NCBI GenBank assembly: GCA_040437565.1
Contig: JBDOQK010000025.1
Coordinates: 1 to 64,000, forward strand
Direction of reading: 5' to 3'
DNA length: 64,000 nucleotides
DNA from: Albugo candida
Taxonomy: Eukaryota
Shown here: in pieces, positions 62,165-64,000 of the stretch
How positions within the stretch are numbered: the first letter of the stretch is position 1
How the letters are laid out: each line of letters starts with the position of its first letter
Translations under genes and position numbers: made by a program
The notes under the pieces: generated by a model
What the model saw: only the letters and a program-made list of their open reading frames with translations
Told to the model about the DNA's origin: nothing
Databases searched by the model: none

Positions 62165-63103
62165 GATCAGACTGGAGCTCGCTGTACTGGATGTCTTTTA
62201 TTTCCAGCGAGAGCTCTATTTTCGCCACCATCCTTTTGTTCTCTTCGTCAACTTGCATCCAGCTCGCTTCAAACGACTCTATGAACTCGTTTTTTTGTCC
62301 AATTGAGCCTTTAAATCTCGAATTTCAAATCCTCGTCGATCAGACTCCAGTTGGACCTCGAGAAATTCTTCTTCCAGATTTGTAAACTTCCGCTGAAGGT
62401 GTTGATAAGCCTCGATATTGATTGGGTTTGATGGTATAGCTGCAGCATGAGCACTTGGAATTGCATTTCTTCTTCCTGTATATTGATGATCGCTACTTGC
62501 TGATAAGCTCTCATAGGAAGTTGCACAGTCCAATCGATTCTTCAGCGCAGTGACGCGATTCTTTTCCAGCTGTAAATCCTCTTGTAGCACTTTCACAGTA
62601 TTCATCAAGTCATCAGCAGTCGTGCGCTCATTTATGACTGCTTGATTTTCGATCTTTTTCGCCCGATTGCCAAACCGAAGTGTCGAAAGAGTCTCAGATG
62701 AATCCGATTTACTGCACGAAATGTTGACCAAGAGAGTCATGGAGAATACGCATGAGTTTGGAATCGCGATACGGGACATGACGCATATCCAGGTCAGTCA
62801 AGTTATTGATGACCACTCCAAGGGTAGACAACGATCTATTGATCGTTTTAGCCTCCTCGAGTCGTCTTCTGACAGCTTCAGTGTTCTTCAACATTTCATA
62901 TCCAGCAAGATCTTCAAGGTACAGTTTCCCGATTTAACCACCTGGGTTTCAACGTGTCGTTTGGACACCATAAGAATGGTGTGGCTACGTAAGCTGCGCT
63001 AATTCATTTTGGTAGCAGCAATAGCACGCATATTGTTCGCTTTCATAACGTAATCCATGAATTCTCTGGGCTTTTGACACTCATCTCTGCCACGTTCTCA
63101 ATA
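62165..63103 (-). pseudogene. Kinesin (kinesin-1-like) motor pseudogene, 5'-truncated
   Basis: ATKMN*RSLRSH (stop 62999-63001), [48 protein letters not shown]; several frameshifts. Confidence 0.85.
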
Positions 63104-63104
63104 A

Positions 63105-63602
63105 AACTTTAAAATTTGCTCTCCAGTGCACAAGTGATACTCACACTGCACCACACGAAGAGTAACTTTAACGCAACATTCCTACCACCTCCAGCCTTCT
63201 TTGATCTTTCGACGAGCTCCCAGCCACTCAATCCAGCACTCAGCCCGGTTCATACCAGTCCTCAAACCTTCTCCAGCGTTCTACAGCTCGCGAAGTCCGC
63301 TGCAACTTTTGCCAATCTCTGCGAAGTCCGCTGCAACGTTTGCCAATCTCTGCGAAGTCAGCTACAACGCTTTGCCATTCTTCGCAAAGCCGCACTCACT
63401 CCTCTTATTAGTGGAACTCATCTTCGCGTTACCTTTTTGGCGGAACCGGTTGACACAACTCATCCGCAGTTATAATGGCTCCGGAGAAAACGCCCCTTCC
63501 AACGTCGATCTTACATGGCGCAGCAAATTTCGCCAAGATCACCCCCATAGGCTCCGTTACGTACCCAGCGATGACCTCTTCCAGGCCATAGTAGACGCGG
63601 TG
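63105..63602 (+). mobile_element. Probable 5' end (UTR plus ORF1 start) of a second L1-like element
   Basis: C-rich plus strand; HRLRYVPSDDLFQAIVDA resembles PRFVRHLPDDHYLQESEDA in ORF1 of the 57.5 kb LINE; abuts the kinesin truncation point. Confidence 0.45.
63290..63382. repeat. 31-bp tandem repeat, ~3 copies
   Basis: gcgaagtccgctgcaac(t/g)tttgccaatctct at 63290 and 63321, and a degenerate copy at 63352. Confidence 0.85.
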
Positions 63603-64000
63603 NNNNNNNNNNNNNNNNNNNNNNNNNNNNNNNNNNNNNNNNNNNNNNNNNNNNNNNNNNNNNNNNNNNNNNNNNNNNNNNNNNNNNNNNNNNNNNNNNN
63701 NNACTTGCAGTTGCCTTTGAGTCACCCTGTGACGAAGCAACGACAGTACCACATGTACCACCGGTACCACATCCTACACCGGTAGTACCGGTATGAACCT
63801 GTACCGTCACACTGGGGGTGGGGGTACTTTCCACGTCATCAAATAGGGGTGGTGACTCATGAGGGTTGCCATGTCACTACAAGTGGACGCCAGCACCCTT
63901 GGTTGTGTCGATATGTCGACTTGGACCATTGTTTTCGAGAGGAAAGAGTTGAAAAGGTAGTTTTTCGAGTTGTTTTGTACTGAATTTGCGGGTTACGTAG

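Noticed and set aside
63703..64000. Minus-strand Gly/Thr-rich frame, possible retroelement gag start
   Set aside because: Too short, bounded by a gap and the window end, and has no diagnostic motif.

Overview
Eukaryotic, intron-containing genomic scaffold with ten 100-N gaps. Gene content (oomycete-style myosin, radial-spoke protein, class II DAHP synthase, PGK with a presequence), ~50-60 nt introns and very short intergenic distances suggest a compact oomycete genome, probably Albugo-like (inference). There are three zones. (1) 1-11.3 kb is a retroelement nest: a Copia element inserted into the RT of a chromodomain Gypsy element, with both split into oppositely oriented halves that share the 5-bp TSD CAAAC, plus a perfect 149-bp tandem array derived from the Gypsy protease. 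(2) 11.8-53.2 kb is a dense block of ~20 genes (RanBP2-ZnF protein, RSPH4/6, SH3 protein, APC2, SCP2, ORC5, NUP205, PGK, myosin, RPL8, CAMK kinase, USE1, a large Gly/Cys-rich membrane protein, LENG1-like, DAHP synthase II, CCT5 and others), many head-to-head. (3) 53.2-64 kb is gene-sparse, with a decayed L1-like LINE, a kinesin pseudogene and the tail of a small Gly/Tyr-rich protein. The best leads are a structured, unusually long RPL8 intron carrying extra 5' splice sites (possible autoregulatory element), the split nested LTR elements, and the uncharacterised receptor-like glycine-rich protein. No tRNA, rRNA or CRISPR was recognised. Exon boundaries were assigned by eye.
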